64,000 bases of DNA from an uncultured Carnobacteriaceae bacterium (GTDB lineage: Bacteria; Bacillota; Bacilli; Lactobacillales; Aerococcaceae): assembly GCA_963730595.1 (NCBI GenBank), contig CAVSSJ010000007.1, positions 2,580 to 66,579 of the forward strand. The letters are read 5' to 3'. Below the pieces are notes generated by a model, which did no database searches, had not been told where the DNA came from, and was given only the letters and a program-made list of their open reading frames with translations. Made by a program: the position numbers and the translations under genes. Of this stretch, positions 44,819-54,158 are shown piece after piece (position 1 is the stretch's first letter; every line of letters begins with the position of its first letter).

Positions 44819-45790
44819 ATGAAATTGATTTATTATGGAGTCAGCGATGACGAAGTAAAATTCGTCAATCGTTGGAGTTTCAGCAATAAAGTACCCGTGA
44901 CGATCATCAAAGAAGGAATATCCAGCGAAAATATTCATCTCGCTGGACTTCACGACGGGGTCTGCCTGTATCCAAGTCCGGAAATGCGTCAAAGTGAACT
45001 GCTTTACCGGAAGTTGCGGGAACAAGGGATTCGCCAATTATCGGTCAAATCAACCGGTGTGGATGGGATCAACTTCGAATGGGCGCAAAAATATGGATTG
45101 ACAGTGACGAATGTTCCTTCTTATAGTCCCACTTCAGTCGGCCATTTTGCGATCATGTCGATTTTAATGGTCCTGCGGAATGTTCCAACCGTCCTGCAAA
45201 CAAAATCATCCCGTAAAACAGCGATCGGCAGAGAATTGCAAGACGTAACGGTCGGAATCTTAGGAACCGGTCGGATCGGTTCTGTAGTCGCTGAAGGGAT
45301 CCATGCTTTGGGTGGTCGCGTGATCGCCTCCAGTTCAAGGGAAAATCCTCGCTTGAAAGGGAAAGTCAGCTATGTTTCTTTTGAAGAACTGTTGAAAGAA
45401 TCGGATGTTCTGTCCATACACGTACCCTTATCTGAAAAGTCCACTTATCTTTTTTCTGAGGAAACCTTTGCAAAAATGAAACCCGATAGTTGTCTGGTGA
45501 ATACAGCGCGCGGAAAAATTGTCGATACCGAAGCGCTGATTCAATGTTTAGCAACCGGGAAAATAGGTGGTGCAGCATTGGATACGTTAGAAGACGAGGA
45601 AAAATATTTTTCCGTCGGTTGGGCGAATAACCCGTATTATTCTCGCTTGATGGCCTTCCCGAATGTAATGATTACACCGCATATTGCCTATCATACAGAA
45701 TTGGCCGTACAAGAAATAGTTGAGACCTCGTTAACAAATGCGCGAGACATTTTATTAGCAGGGAGTTCGCGGAATACGATCTCACTTTGA
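44819..45790 (+). CDS. D-isomer-specific 2-hydroxyacid dehydrogenase (D-LDH-like)
   Basis: 'NVPSYSP', 'GTGRIG', 'VNTARG', 'TPHIAY'. Confidence 0.9.
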   Translation: MKLIYYGVSDDEVKFVNRWSFSNKVPVTIIKEGISSENIHLAGLHDGVCLYPSPEMRQSELLYRKLREQGIRQLSVKSTGVDGINFEWAQKYGLTVTNVPSYSPTSVGHFAIMSILMVLRNVPTVLQTKSSRKTAIGRELQDVTVGILGTGRIGSVVAEGIHALGGRVIASSSRENPRLKGKVSYVSFEELLKESDVLSIHVPLSEKSTYLFSEETFAKMKPDSCLVNTARGKIVDTEALIQCLATGKIGGAALDTLEDEEKYFSVGWANNPYYSRLMAFPNVMITPHIAYHTELAVQEIVETSLTNARDILLAGSSRNTISL

Positions 45791-45816
45791 TAACTAAAAA
45801 GAAGGAGGGGTTGAAG

Positions 45817-46569
45817 ATGATCCAGGCGGAAATAAGAGGACTGCAAAAAAGCTTTGGTAAGAATGAGATTTTGAAAAACGTAGATTTGACCATCCATAAA
45901 GGCGAAGTTGTCTGCATTATCGGACCAAGCGGTTCTGGTAAAACCACCTTCTTGCGTTGTTTAAATCTCTTGGAACGGCCGGATGCAGGAATTTATGCAC
46001 TTGGCGACCTTAACTATGACCTAAGTCGTATCGGGACACATCAGAGCCGAGAAATTGCCAGAAAGACAGCGATGGTTTTTCAATCCTATGAATTATTCAG
46101 TCATATGACGGTTTTACAAAATGTGATGGAAGGATTGGTCACACCACGAAAAGTCCCTAAAAAACTAGCAGAAACCATGGCTTATTCAGTCTTGGAAAAA
46201 GTCGGGATGGCGGACAAAGCAGGGGTGTATCCTGTTCAACTATCCGGCGGGCAGCAGCAACGGGTTGGCATTGCCCGAGCGATGGCGTTATCTCCAGACC
46301 TGTTGCTATTCGATGAACCCACATCCGCCCTTGATCCGGAACTTGTCGGGGATGTGCTGAATGTGATGAGGCAATTGGCTGACAGCGGCCAAACGATGAT
46401 CATCGTTACCCATGAGATGCAGTTTGCAAAAGAGGTGGCGGATAAAGTTGTTTTTATGGCTGATGGGGTAGTCGTTGAATTAGGGACGCCTTCAGAAGTC
46501 TTTGATGATCCTAAAGAAGAACGGACACAACAGTTTTTAACACAAGTTCGGTTTAATACAGCAGTCTGA
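45817..46569 (+). CDS. Second amino acid ABC ATP-binding protein
   Basis: Walker A, 'LSGGQQQRV', '[11 protein letters not shown]'. Confidence 0.93.
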   Translation: MIQAEIRGLQKSFGKNEILKNVDLTIHKGEVVCIIGPSGSGKTTFLRCLNLLERPDAGIYALGDLNYDLSRIGTHQSREIARKTAMVFQSYELFSHMTVLQNVMEGLVTPRKVPKKLAETMAYSVLEKVGMADKAGVYPVQLSGGQQQRVGIARAMALSPDLLLFDEPTSALDPELVGDVLNVMRQLADSGQTMIIVTHEMQFAKEVADKVVFMADGVVVELGTPSEVFDDPKEERTQQFLTQVRFNTAV

Positions 46570-46581
46570 GAGGGATGTCAC

Positions 46582-47775
46582 GTGGAATATACAGAAGTAA
46601 AGAGCAAGCTTTGGACCAAAGACTTTCTCTTGGTGAACAGCATCACTTTTTTGGCAATGACGGCAATCACGACCCAAATGGGAACGTTGCCCCTCTATGT
46701 GACTGCGCTTGGTGGGTCAAAAGCGGTAGCTGGAAGTATTGTAGGAATCTTAGGTATCTCGGCTTTATTTTTCCGCTTGCCAATAGGCATATTATTGGAT
46801 CGATACGGTCGCAGGCTGTTGCTCAGTATTGGTTTAGGGATTCTTTTCATCGATTTCGCCTTGTTGAATGTGTTGCAAACGCTATTGATGCTGTTTTGTT
46901 TACGTTTGATCCAAGGGGTTGGCAACAGTATCCAAGCAACAAGTGCTGCGACCATGGCGGCGGATTTGATTCCAAAGGAAAAGTTATCTGTTGGCCTAGG
47001 GTACTTTAGTATTGCCCAAGCAGTGCCTGGCGCTATAGGGCCTTTGCTCGGGTTGGCGGTGGTGGAAAATTACGGATTTAAGGCATTGTTTCGAGTGGCG
47101 CTTTTGTTGACAAGCATGGCTTTTATTTTAAGCTTTTTTTTAAGTGATCAAACTCCCAACACTCTTTTTGCGGGAGTAAAGGCGAGCGCCGGAAAGAGTA
47201 AAGCGTTGTCCGTCATGAAGAATCGAGGCGTTACTTTTCCAAGCCTGATCATGTTTTTGATTTGCTTTGCGAATTCCGGCGTTATCGCTTTTATTGCGCA
47301 GTTTGCGATTGAAAAGAAAATCAACGGATCGGGCTACTACTTTACATTGATGTCGATTGTCACCGTTCTGATTCGTTTTCTTTTCCCCTATATGATGAAT
47401 CGCATCAATCAATCGTTTTTGATTTGCAGCAGCATAGTGAGCATCAGTGCATCGTTCGGCATACTCGCTTATGCCGATGATCTTCTTCATTTACTTATAG
47501 CGGCTACCCTATATGGAATCGGTTTTGCCAGTTTGCTGCCGGTCATGAATACGATTGTTCTGCAAAGCATTTCAGATCAAGAACGCGGACGCGCGACCGC
47601 AGTCTTCTCAGCTTCTCTGGACGTAGCGTACGGTGGTGGTGCGATGCTTTGGGGCGTGATTGCCAGTTTGTTCGGGTTTCACGTCATGTACCTATTTTGC
47701 GGAGGATTTGGGCTGGCAGCTCTGTTTGTTTTCCTTATATTTGATGGCAAAGAAAGGAAATGTCATAATGTATGA
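46582..47775 (+). CDS. MFS transporter
   Basis: 'LWTKDF', 'DRYGRR', 'ERGRATA'; about 12 TM. Confidence 0.9.
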   Translation: MEYTEVKSKLWTKDFLLVNSITFLAMTAITTQMGTLPLYVTALGGSKAVAGSIVGILGISALFFRLPIGILLDRYGRRLLLSIGLGILFIDFALLNVLQTLLMLFCLRLIQGVGNSIQATSAATMAADLIPKEKLSVGLGYFSIAQAVPGAIGPLLGLAVVENYGFKALFRVALLLTSMAFILSFFLSDQTPNTLFAGVKASAGKSKALSVMKNRGVTFPSLIMFLICFANSGVIAFIAQFAIEKKINGSGYYFTLMSIVTVLIRFLFPYMMNRINQSFLICSSIVSISASFGILAYADDLLHLLIAATLYGIGFASLLPVMNTIVLQSISDQERGRATAVFSASLDVAYGGGAMLWGVIASLFGFHVMYLFCGGFGLAALFVFLIFDGKERKCHNV

Positions 47776-47852
47776 CACATCTTGTGAGCCCAACCTTGCA
47801 GCTCTTATCATTTCTCGATAAAATAAGAAAATGATGAGAATGGAGGGGGCTT

Positions 47853-48296
47853 ATGGATGTGTTAGATCATAAAATTTTAAATATTTTGCAAAAAAATGGC
47901 CGGACCACGGTCAAACAAATTGCTGAAGACTGTTTCATCTCGTCTCCTTCTGTATCGGTACGTTTACAGAATTTAGAAAGCCTGGGATATATCCATACGT
48001 ATCAAGCTATTATTGACTATCAGAAATTGGGTTTTTTGATCAAGGCATATGTGAATTGTGCGGTCAATGCGAAGGATAAAAAAGATTTCTATCGTTATGT
48101 CGAAGAAATCCCCAATGTCGTAGAATGTGACTGTATAACAGGTGATTACTCGATGTTATTGAGGGTCTTCTTTTCCAACACGATAGAACTGGATGAATTT
48201 ATTACTGACCTGCAGCGCTTTGGCGATACCAAGACGCATATTGTCTTTTCAACAAATGTCGGTCCCCGCGGGCTGCAAATAAAAATACACGAATAA
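47853..48296 (+). CDS. Lrp/AsnC family transcriptional regulator
   Basis: 'LDHKILNILQKNGR', 'ECDCITGDYS'. Confidence 0.92.
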   Translation: MDVLDHKILNILQKNGRTTVKQIAEDCFISSPSVSVRLQNLESLGYIHTYQAIIDYQKLGFLIKAYVNCAVNAKDKKDFYRYVEEIPNVVECDCITGDYSMLLRVFFSNTIELDEFITDLQRFGDTKTHIVFSTNVGPRGLQIKIHE

Positions 48297-48340
48297 GCAA
48301 AGACGCCGACAGTCATATTTCGGCGTCTTTGCTTATTTTT
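48294..48340 (+). terminator. Intrinsic terminator
   Basis: aataagcaaagacgccga...tcggcgtctttgcttatttt. Confidence 0.88.
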
Positions 48341-48378
48341 ATTGGGATTTGGAATGAGATGAAATGGGTGATGCCTGC

Positions 48379-48560
48379 TGTTCTCCGGTGAAACGTTGTC
48401 CCACCTGAGAAAACCAATGCGAACGGGGGCGAATCTCCGGTGAGGGGTGGTTCATCGGGAAATAGGACAGGAATCAGAGCTGAATCTCCCATGAGGACTC
48501 GTTCACCGGAGAAAAACAAGCCAAACAGACTCGAATTCCCAGCGAGGCTCGTCGGAAAAT
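48379..48560 (+). repeat. 51-bp-period array B (about 4 units)
   Basis: Unit starts about 48379, 48431, 48482, 48533. Confidence 0.9.
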
Positions 48561-48655
48561 TTGTCTCGCGAATAGCCAAATTTAGACGATTTAGACGATT
48601 CGTTGAGATGTGAAATGATTTTCTTTACTGCTTAAATAAGAAGTGGTATTGTATA

Positions 48656-48676
48656 TTGAGAACGTTCATTCTAGAA
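48656..48676. promoter_or_regulatory. Putative TetR operator 1
   Basis: Palindrome ttgagaacgttcattctagaa just upstream of tetR; near copy at 50112. Confidence 0.7.
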
Positions 48677-48707
48677 ATGAAATCACATTTTGAAAGGAGG
48701 AAATAAT

Positions 48708-49301
48708 TTGGCTAGAAGCAAAGAATTTAATGAAGAAGAGGCTTTGGATAAAGCGATGGGAATCTTTTGGAAACAAGGATATGAAAAAACTTCAATCCAG
48801 GATTTGGTAGATCAGATGGGGATCCATCGCAGGAGTTTATACGATACGTTTGGAGATAAGCATTCTCTTTTTGTACAAACTTTGGAACGCTACGAATCAC
48901 TTATCGCTACTCAAATCAGAAAACAGATAACAGAAGAGATGACCACTGTTGAATCCATCAGAAAAATATTTGAATTGGCCATTTACTCTGATAGTAGCTA
49001 TCCGAAGGGATGCTTAATGGTCAACACGGCAGTAGAATTATCCTTACTTGATAATGAAGTTTCTCAAAGAATAAAATCGGCTTTCAAGCAGACTGAAAAT
49101 TTAATAGCGGACCTGTTGATTAAAGGACAAGCAAGAGGGGAAGTTGCCCGTTCATTTGATATAAGCGAACTCTCACGTTATATTCATAATGCGCTTATCG
49201 GTGTCAGAGTATTAGTGAAAATGACAGCAGATCCAAAAGAGTTCGACGCGACGATTGATATGACGCTATCCATATTGAAAAATGATCAAGCAAGTCAATA
49301 A
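48708..49301 (+). CDS. TetR/AcrR family regulator
   Basis: 'ARSKEF', 'FWKQGYEKTS', 'SLYDTFGDK', 'GCLMVN'. Confidence 0.93.
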   Translation: MARSKEFNEEEALDKAMGIFWKQGYEKTSIQDLVDQMGIHRRSLYDTFGDKHSLFVQTLERYESLIATQIRKQITEEMTTVESIRKIFELAIYSDSSYPKGCLMVNTAVELSLLDNEVSQRIKSAFKQTENLIADLLIKGQARGEVARSFDISELSRYIHNALIGVRVLVKMTADPKEFDATIDMTLSILKNDQASQ

Positions 49302-49327
49302 AAAAAGATTTAAAGGGGAAACCAACT

Positions 49328-50080
49328 ATGAAATACACAGTTATCACAGGAGCCAGTTCAGGGATAGGGTACGAAACAGCATTAGCATTTGCAAGACGCG
49401 GAAAGAATCTGATTATTGTCGCCAGAAGAGAGTCCAAACTGGAAGAACTTAAGTCAACAATCAAGAGTATCAATTCTGACTTGGATGTCATTATACAAAT
49501 AAGTGACTTGTCTGATACAAAGCAAGCCCATGATTTATACCATCATTTAAAAGAATATCAAATTGAGACATGGATCAATAATGCCGGTTTAGGGGATTCC
49601 TCAATGATAATCGATGAAAACTTAGATAAAGTAGAGAAGCTTTTAAGGGTGAATATTGATTCATTAACGATTCTGTCGACCTTATACGCGCGTGACTACG
49701 CTCATGTCGAAGGCACGCAATTGATAAATGTCTCATCTGCTTTAGGGTATGCTATTTCTCTAGGAAGTGTTGTCTATTCCGCTTCCAAATATTATGTCAG
49801 TGCTTTTACAGAAGGTCTTGCCAGAGAGCTCAAACTACAAAATGCAAAATTGACAGCTAAAATATTAGCGCCAGCTATGACGGAAACAGAATTTGTAAAC
49901 AATGCAAATAATGTTCAAAATTTTGACTACAAGTCAACCTTTGATAAATTTCATACAGCTAAAGAAATGGCTGGGTTTATGCTGGATGTTTACGATAGCG
50001 ATAAAGTCATTGGGCTTGTTGATGGTAATTATGAATTTGGAATAAGGGATCAAATTTATCCGATTCTAGAAAATTTTTAA
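49328..50080 (+). CDS. SDR family oxidoreductase
   Basis: 'TGASSGIG', 'NNAG', 'YSASK'. Confidence 0.93.
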   Translation: MKYTVITGASSGIGYETALAFARRGKNLIIVARRESKLEELKSTIKSINSDLDVIIQISDLSDTKQAHDLYHHLKEYQIETWINNAGLGDSSMIIDENLDKVEKLLRVNIDSLTILSTLYARDYAHVEGTQLINVSSALGYAISLGSVVYSASKYYVSAFTEGLARELKLQNAKLTAKILAPAMTETEFVNNANNVQNFDYKSTFDKFHTAKEMAGFMLDVYDSDKVIGLVDGNYEFGIRDQIYPILENF

Positions 50081-50111
50081 TCACTGATTATCTATTTTTT
50101 TTTTGGCTCTT

Positions 50112-50132
50112 TTGAGAATGTTCGTTCTCGAA
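50112..50132. promoter_or_regulatory. Putative TetR operator 2
   Basis: ttgagaatgttcgttctcgaa, same palindrome as 48656. Confidence 0.7.
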
Positions 50133-50172
50133 TGGAGTCATAACCAGCATGTAAAGTAAAGGAGATGTTGAT

Positions 50173-51180
50173 ATGAAAGCAGTTCAAATCAAAAAATACT
50201 CGAAAAAAATTGAAGCTCAAATTGTAGAAATTCCTGTTCCGGAGATTGGTGATCACAAAGTTTTAGTGAAAGTAAAGGTAGCCGCCGTTAATCATTTGGA
50301 AATTCTGAACATCACAGGAAGCGTCAAATTAATTCAAGATTATGATATGCCTCTAACGATCGGCAATGAGTTAACCGGTGTAATTTCAGAGGTTGGGAAA
50401 TCTGTCTCAGGATTCAAGAAAGGCGATGCGATTTATACGCGACTTCCGTTGGACAAAATAGGCGCTTTTGCTGAATATGTCGCGGTGGATGCTAAAGCAA
50501 TTTGGCATTTACCCAAGAATCTCGACTTTGTTACAGGGGCAGCTGCTCCTTTAACTGGCCTAACTGCTTATCAAGGGTTGCATGAAGAACTAAATGCTAA
50601 AGCCGGGCAAACGGTCTTCATTCCAGGTGGATCAGGGAGTTTTGGACAAATGGCTGTTCCGATAGCTAAAGCCATGGGACTGAAGGTCATTGTGTCAGGG
50701 AATCCCTCTGCTCGTGATCTGATTCTCGCTGCCGGTGCCACTCAATACATTGATTATACGAAAGAAAATTATTGGGAAATTTTAAAGGGAGTGGACTTTG
50801 TTATTGACACACTCGGAGCTGCTGAATTTGATCGTGAATTATCGATAATCAAACCTGGAGGAAGATTGTTAAGCCTTCGAACAGGGCCAAATAAAGAGTT
50901 CGCAAAAAGTCATGGATTTCCAAAGTGGAAACAACAACTATTTGGTCTAGCAGGGGCGAAATTTGATAGAAAAGCTAAAAAGCATGGTGTCGTGTATCGT
51001 TTTATATTTGTTCGCTCAAATGGTTCACAGTTAAAAGAAATTTCAAAAATTATTGAAGAAAATAATATTATCCCAGCTGTCGATCCGACTGGATTTACTC
51101 TAAATCAAGTAAATGAAGCTTTGCGTCTGGTAGCGAATGGACATCCAAAAGGGAAAGTTGTCATCAAGGTTTCCGATTGA
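50173..51180 (+). CDS. MDR-family NADP-dependent (quinone) oxidoreductase
   Basis: 'GAFAEYVAV', 'PLTGLTAYQ', 'GGSGSFG', 'GKVVI'. Confidence 0.9.
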   Translation: MKAVQIKKYSKKIEAQIVEIPVPEIGDHKVLVKVKVAAVNHLEILNITGSVKLIQDYDMPLTIGNELTGVISEVGKSVSGFKKGDAIYTRLPLDKIGAFAEYVAVDAKAIWHLPKNLDFVTGAAAPLTGLTAYQGLHEELNAKAGQTVFIPGGSGSFGQMAVPIAKAMGLKVIVSGNPSARDLILAAGATQYIDYTKENYWEILKGVDFVIDTLGAAEFDRELSIIKPGGRLLSLRTGPNKEFAKSHGFPKWKQQLFGLAGAKFDRKAKKHGVVYRFIFVRSNGSQLKEISKIIEENNIIPAVDPTGFTLNQVNEALRLVANGHPKGKVVIKVSD

Positions 51181-51396
51181 TAAAAACAGAAGTGATGGCT
51201 TATAAGTGATGATAATATCAAAATTTGCAGTTAATATCATTTCATCCAAACCCATTTTCACATCATAAATGGTCACTTCTTCAATTTCTTCATATTCTTC
51301 AAACAAAATTTTAATCCGTGGCAAAAGATACTGCAGCCATCTACTATTAAGATTTTCATCTGGCACGCTCATTACCTTTTTGTTGATTGTATATTT

Positions 51397-51867
51397 TTAT
51401 TTTAATCTTTCTAAATCAGCGATAATAATTTTTTTCATTGCCAACACAGCTTGAATTTGTGCATCTGACTGCTGCAATTCCATCATATTATAAGGCACAA
51501 TTTGCCATGAGAGTCCGAATCGATCTTTTACCCAACCGCAATTCTCCGATTCAGGTACATGCGATAATTTTTCCCAATAGTAGTCGATTTCAGATTGATC
51601 GGCACATTCAATCGCAAAAGATATCGCTTCACTAAAGCGAAAGACAGGGCCACCATCTAAGGCAGTAAATTTATGGCCACTTAGGACAAATTCGGCTGTG
51701 ATGACTTTTCCAGACCTACCTTTATAATATTCGCTTAAAGCTTCTGTTTCTTTAGTGAAATATTGGATAGATAAAATTTTTGAGTCGGGGAAGACACTCA
51801 CATAGTAGTTGACAGCTTCTTCACAATTATCATCGGCAAACCATAGCGCTGGCACAATCTGATTCAT
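51397..51867 (-). CDS. VOC family protein (PhnB/3-dmu-9 3-mt-like)
   Basis: 'ALDGGP-F-FSEAISF', 'CGWVKDRFGLSWQIVP'. Confidence 0.92.
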   Translation of the reverse strand: MNQIVPALWFADDNCEEAVNYYVSVFPDSKILSIQYFTKETEALSEYYKGRSGKVITAEFVLSGHKFTALDGGPVFRFSEAISFAIECADQSEIDYYWEKLSHVPESENCGWVKDRFGLSWQIVPYNMMELQQSDAQIQAVLAMKKIIIADLERLK

Positions 51868-52001
51868 GATAAAACTTCCTTCCTTTTACTTGGTGATTAG
51901 CATTTTTATCTACCTTTACGCTTATTTTAGCATGGATAATTTCAAAACCTCAGTAAAAACCCCTATGTCGCTGCAGAACGTTAAAATTATTAAATGAAGG
52001 T

Positions 52002-52235
52002 TAATCTCCGGCGAGGGCTGCTTCACCGGAGAAACGTGAGGGAACTGCACCCGATTTCCCGGCGAGGGTTGCTTCACGGGGAAACAGCACAGTAATCAGA
52101 GCCGAATCTCCGTTGAAGGCTGTCTCACCGGCAAATAGCGGGAGGAACAAAGGCAAATTCCCGACGAGGCCCGTTTCACCCGTAAACAGTCCGCGACAGA
52201 TTTGGATTTCGGCGAAGGCCACTTCACCGGAAATT
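52002..52235 (+). repeat. 51-bp-period array C (about 5 units)
   Basis: Unit starts 52002, 52053, 52104, 52155, about 52204. Confidence 0.92.
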
Positions 52236-52249
52236 CTGAAAGATGACAG

Positions 52250-52298
52250 TAAAAGACCCAGGCAAAGCTCATTCGATGAGCCCGGCCTGGGTCTTTAC
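52250..52298 (-). terminator. Inverted repeat / terminator of HAD gene
   Basis: aaagacccaggc...gcctgggtcttt. Confidence 0.7.
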
Positions 52299-52307
52299 CA
52301 ATTTACA

Positions 52308-53225
52308 TTATTTAAGGCAACTAGAGGGTGAAGACTGAATATGCCCTTGCTCTTCTAATAGTGTCAGCATGTTAAAGACTCCAAAATTATCATTCGTATC
52401 CGTAATGAAATTCGAGTTTTGTTGCGCTGCAGGAAGGGCGTTTTTCATTGCGACAGAGAATTTTTTTTCATGAAACATGGAGATGTCATTTTCGCTATCC
52501 CCAAACACTACGATTTCATCATTCTCTATGCCTGATAGTTGCAGCAATTCATCTAATGCATTTCCTTTAGTGATATTTTTATAGGTGACTTCCATTTTTC
52601 TCTCATCGGAAAAAACGAATTCAAAATCACCATATATAGGGTGATTGGTCAAAGTTTCTTTGATGAATTCCATGTAATGCGGGTCTTGCACGATGGACAT
52701 TTTATTACAATATTCGGGTGCTAAATTAATATCGCGAATCATATGTTGGTTTGGATACCCCTCCCGCGTGTCGCATAACCAACCGAACATGCCTCCCATC
52801 CATGGATAGTCTTGCGGAAGCTTCATTTCACCGCGAATATTCTTTTTGAGATTGTATATTTTTTCAGTCAAGTATGTGTAAACTGTATCGTCTTGACTGT
52901 ATTGGATTTCCACATTAAAAAGCGAAAAGTAATCATTGAGTTTCTTGATATCTTCAGTATCCAAAATCCCTAATCTGTTTCTTTCTTTGGTACTAACATT
53001 GTAGATTGAGGTCCCGTTTACATCGATGATCATGCCGTTGTATTTGTCCATTTCCAATTTCAAAGCATCAGGCAATAAGCGGAGATAACTTCTGCCGCTT
53101 GCCAGAATTAATTTTATTCCGTTTTGCTGAAGAGTTATCAACTTATCTAGTGTTTTTCCATCTATTTCACCATCTGAGTTGAGTAACGTTCCGTCCATAT
53201 CGCATACAATTGCTTTTATTGTCAC
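52308..53225 (-). CDS. Cof-type HAD-IIB hydrolase
   Basis: 'DMDGTLL', 'ASGR', 'KGNAL', 'FGDSENDISM'; GTG start after GGAGG. Confidence 0.92.
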   Translation of the reverse strand: MTIKAIVCDMDGTLLNSDGEIDGKTLDKLITLQQNGIKLILASGRSYLRLLPDALKLEMDKYNGMIIDVNGTSIYNVSTKERNRLGILDTEDIKKLNDYFSLFNVEIQYSQDDTVYTYLTEKIYNLKKNIRGEMKLPQDYPWMGGMFGWLCDTREGYPNQHMIRDINLAPEYCNKMSIVQDPHYMEFIKETLTNHPIYGDFEFVFSDERKMEVTYKNITKGNALDELLQLSGIENDEIVVFGDSENDISMFHEKKFSVAMKNALPAAQQNSNFITDTNDNFGVFNMLTLLEEQGHIQSSPSSCLK

Positions 53226-53632
53226 TATATTTTCCTCCGTCTTTTTTATATTCAAAGCTTCCATTATTTCATCAAGAGATTTATTGTTATACAATTCATT
53301 ATTACACACGACACTAACATATAGAATATCAATTATAACCAAATATATAAATATGAGAGGTCACTGCTTCAAATCGAAACGCGGATTCCTCTGCATACAC
53401 GAAAAAGCAGCACCCGACAATTTGACTAATTTGGAATCAGGAGAACTTGTAAGAGAAATTATTTTTCCTCATGCTTCCTTAGAAAGGGGTTCTCTCAATG
53501 GCAACCTTACATGAAATAGACGAAATATTCAACTCCAAAATAACGGTTTCAAACACTGGCGGAACTTTATCCACCGATTCTGGACTGATTCTCCTCTGCG
53601 GAGATAGCGGATTCGCCACTCCGGAACTTTAC

Positions 53633-53800
53633 GAATCCCCGGAGAGGGCCGCTTCATCGGGTAAACGCTAGGGTGCCGCATCCGATTTTCCGATGGAGCC
53701 TCACTCACTGGGAAATACTGAGACGATAGGAGTCGCTTTCCCGGTGAGAGACGGTTCGCCGAGAAACAGCGAACAGGACGCGCCCGAATTATCGGCGAGA
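53633..53800 (+). repeat. 51-bp-period array D (3 full units plus a partial)
   Basis: Unit starts 53633, 53684, 53735, 53786. Confidence 0.88.
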
Positions 53801-53884
53801 AATGAATGAAAGTATGTGTAAAAAATATACAAAATAATTGACAAACGATCACAGTTTCTGTATATTTGTTAAAAATATATGAAA

Positions 53885-54127
53885 CTTTGATGAGATAAGT
53901 AGTTGAGAAAGAAACCACAGAGAGTCTGCAGACGGTGAGAGCAGATGTTTCGGCATTAGCGAAAATGGTCTTTGAGTTATCACATGTGAGGGAAACTTAG
54001 CAGGTGACGGGTACGCCCGTTAGAGCGTGAAGGGATGATAGTCCCTTGCAGAGATAATCTTTTTGATTATGAATTAAGGTGGTAACGCGAGCATTCGCCC
54101 TTTCGATAGGGGGAGTGCTTTTTTTTA
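53885..54127 (+). ncRNA. T-box riboswitch, Met specifier
   Basis: AGAGA and GGTGAGA stem-I motifs, specifier loop gaaaATGgtc, T-box aattaaggtggtaacgcg, terminator plus T-run; TTGACA-17-TATATT promoter at about 53839. Confidence 0.92.
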
Positions 54128-54158
54128 TATATTTTAATACATTTTGGAGGGGGAAATT

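Noticed and set aside
52001-52222. Minus-strand ORFs with 17-aa periodicity (also 39911-40207, 48313-48579, 56579-56794) as a repeat-protein family
   Set aside because: The periodicity follows automatically from 51 bp. There are no convincing RBS/start sites, frame-breaking indels occur within arrays, and the sister array has a 52-bp period. Not fully excluded without Ribo-seq.
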